Positions 31,912 through 32,000 of a stretch of DNA of 32,000 nucleotides are shown here, one piece after another; the first letter of the stretch is position 1, and every line of letters starts with the position of its first letter. The DNA lies in NCBI GenBank assembly GCA_000175855.1, contig ACYB01000020.1:60001-92000 (forward strand), written 5' to 3'. Under the pieces are notes generated by a model. It ran no database searches. It had not been told where the DNA came from and saw only the letters and a program-made list of their open reading frames with translations. A program made the position numbers and the translations under genes. This stretch comes from Raphidiopsis brookii D9 (GTDB lineage: Bacteria; Cyanobacteriota; Cyanobacteriia; Cyanobacteriales; Nostocaceae).

Positions 31912-32000
31912 ACCTTTGCGTAACCAAGGGTACCAGTCCTTCAGTGGGGGAATTAAGGGCTTTGATTCTTGGTGTTTTTTGCTTGGATCGTTATTTTTAC

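Noticed and set aside
1-32000. CRISPR arrays, tRNA/rRNA genes, prophage, toxin-antitoxin or defence systems
   Set aside because: No regularly spaced repeats, no recognisable tRNA or rRNA sequence in the gaps, and all sizeable ORFs fit housekeeping families. A tRNAscan/Infernal run would be needed to exclude small ncRNAs.

Overview
Chromosomal core-genome segment from a filamentous (Nostocales-like) cyanobacterium. The assignment rests on a HIP1 octamer (GCGATCGC) about every 2-3 kb, CrtO, a ClpR/ClpP3 cluster and an RRM protein next to rpsU. Coding density is high. I see no mobile element, CRISPR array, prophage or obvious defence island. The window is rich in proteostasis genes: clpC, clpB, dnaK, a zinc-finger-less DnaJ, a membrane-anchored J-protein, and a tandem run of three Clp proteolytic-subunit genes, two with degraded catalytic triads. 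Other genes: CobW/COG0523 GTPase, GH57 glycosidase, rimI, lysA-cdaA-uppS, crtO, glgA, a VWA protein, a geranylgeranyl-reductase-like flavoprotein, two rpsU paralogs, an RRM protein, cysQ-like, a PfkB kinase, rsmI, an SRPBCC protein, ribD and mreD. The most useful observations are: (1) single-nucleotide frame breaks in the GH57 gene, in the VWA gene and possibly in a small ORF near 23.0 kb; (2) a middle Clp subunit that keeps only the catalytic Ser; (3) a 59-aa rpsU at 26401-26580 missing from the ORF track; (4) linkage of c-di-AMP cyclase with lysA and uppS. I found no convincing new system; the findings are mostly moderate in interest.
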